Notes under the pieces: model-generated | Seen by the model: only the letters and a program-made list of their open reading frames with translations | Told to the model about the DNA's origin: nothing | The model's database searches: none | Source of the DNA: Limnothrix sp. BL-A-16 | Lineage (GTDB): Bacteria; Cyanobacteriota; Cyanobacteriia; CACIAM-69d | Assembly: GCA_041937175.2 (NCBI GenBank) | Contig: CP166615.1 | Span: 3,648,001-3,712,000, forward strand | Length of the DNA stretch: 64,000 bases | Reading direction: 5' to 3' | Part shown: positions 63,210 through 64,000 of the stretch, one piece after another | Layout: every line of letters begins with the position of its first letter | Numbering within the stretch: the stretch's first letter is position 1 | Program-made: the position numbers and the translations under genes

Positions 63210-64000
63210 TTAGTCGGCCTTCTTGCCCTTGCCCTTCTTGGCCGCGCCCTTTTGACCGGCTGCCTCGGTGTCGTCGGTGTCGTCGGTGTCGGTGGCGCTC
63301 TCAGCGGTCACATCGACCGTGGCTTCAGCGGCAGGGGTTTCCTCCGCTTCGGTTGCTTCGGTTGCTTCGGCTGCTTCTGACTCTTCCGCCTGGCTCAGGG
63401 AACCGGGTTCCAGCAGCTCAAAGCTGTTATTTTCCTTCAACCAAGTCAGCACCTTGCCCCGGTACAGGTCTTCGTAAACCACGGATTCCAACCGAGCGCG
63501 ATCGACCTTTTGGCCAGAAAGGGCAGCCTTCAACTCCTTCGCGCGGGCTTGCACTTCCTCATCGCTGACCTCGATCGACTCTTTGCGACCCACAGCCCGC
63601 AGCACCAAATCCGTCTTCACTTGCCGAACGGCATCCGGGCGCGCCGTTTGCTGCATGTTGGCCATCAGTTCATCGTTGATGAACTTGCGCACATCAATGC
63701 CCTGGCTTTGCAGTTGATACATGGACTGGTTCACAATCCCGCGTACCTCTTGCTGCACCAGGCTTTCGGGCAAATCCACATCCACATTGTCAATCAAAGC
63801 GGCAATCAGGGCCGCTTCCTTGTTCTGTTCGGTTTGCTCGTCGGCTTCCTGTTGGTACTGGGACTCAAAATCGGCCCGCAGCTCCGCCAGGGTTTCGTAT
63901 TTGCTGATTGATTTGATGAACTCATCAGTCAGCTCGGGCAGTTCGCGCTCTTTGATGTCATGCAGGGTGATCTCAAAGGTGACTTCGCGATCTTGCAGGT
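63210..64000 (-). CDS. tig: Trigger factor, C-terminal part (N-terminus outside window)
   Basis: KERELPEL.DEF and C-terminal domain with acidic tail. Confidence 0.88.
   Translation of the reverse strand, partial: LQDREVTFEITLHDIKERELPELTDEFIKSISKYETLAELRADFESQYQQEADEQTEQNKEAALIAALIDNVDVDLPESLVQQEVRGIVNQSMYQLQSQGIDVRKFINDELMANMQQTARPDAVRQVKTDLVLRAVGRKESIEVSDEEVQARAKELKAALSGQKVDRARLESVVYEDLYRGKVLTWLKENNSFELLEPGSLSQAEESEAAEATEATEAEETPAAEATVDVTAESATDTDDTDDTEAAGQKGAAKKGKGKKAD

Overview
Cyanobacterial chromosome segment. This is supported by very frequent HIP1 octamers (GCGATCGC) and by the phycocyanin cpcBACD operon, psbO, petF, bvdR and gifA. Most of the window is housekeeping: rseP, hisH, argC, ribBA, wecB, mtnA, trxA, tig, dps and a TetR-devBCA efflux operon. 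The accessory and unusual content is as follows. (1) A ~193-bp non-autonomous IS200/IS605 element sits between cpcB and cpcA; it has lost its genes but kept the left-end hairpin and the tnpB 3'-end/omegaRNA-like scaffold. (2) A three-gene module encodes a coiled-coil protein, a longin-like/TM/BON/OmpA protein and a Rab-like GTPase. (3) An accessory island holds an IS5 element, an ankyrin gene, a small MITE and an AT-rich IetAS-type ATPase + S8 protease pair. (4) A separate AAA ATPase + TOPRIM-like (DUF3226-type) pair is present. (5) Several MITEs carry the palindrome CAAGGGGCTTAAGCCCCTTG; one is nested inside a relative and one rewrote a gene's C-terminus. (6) Three GT-C-like membrane glycosyltransferase genes occur in tandem. 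All calls come from reading the sequence and recalling family motifs; no database searches were run.
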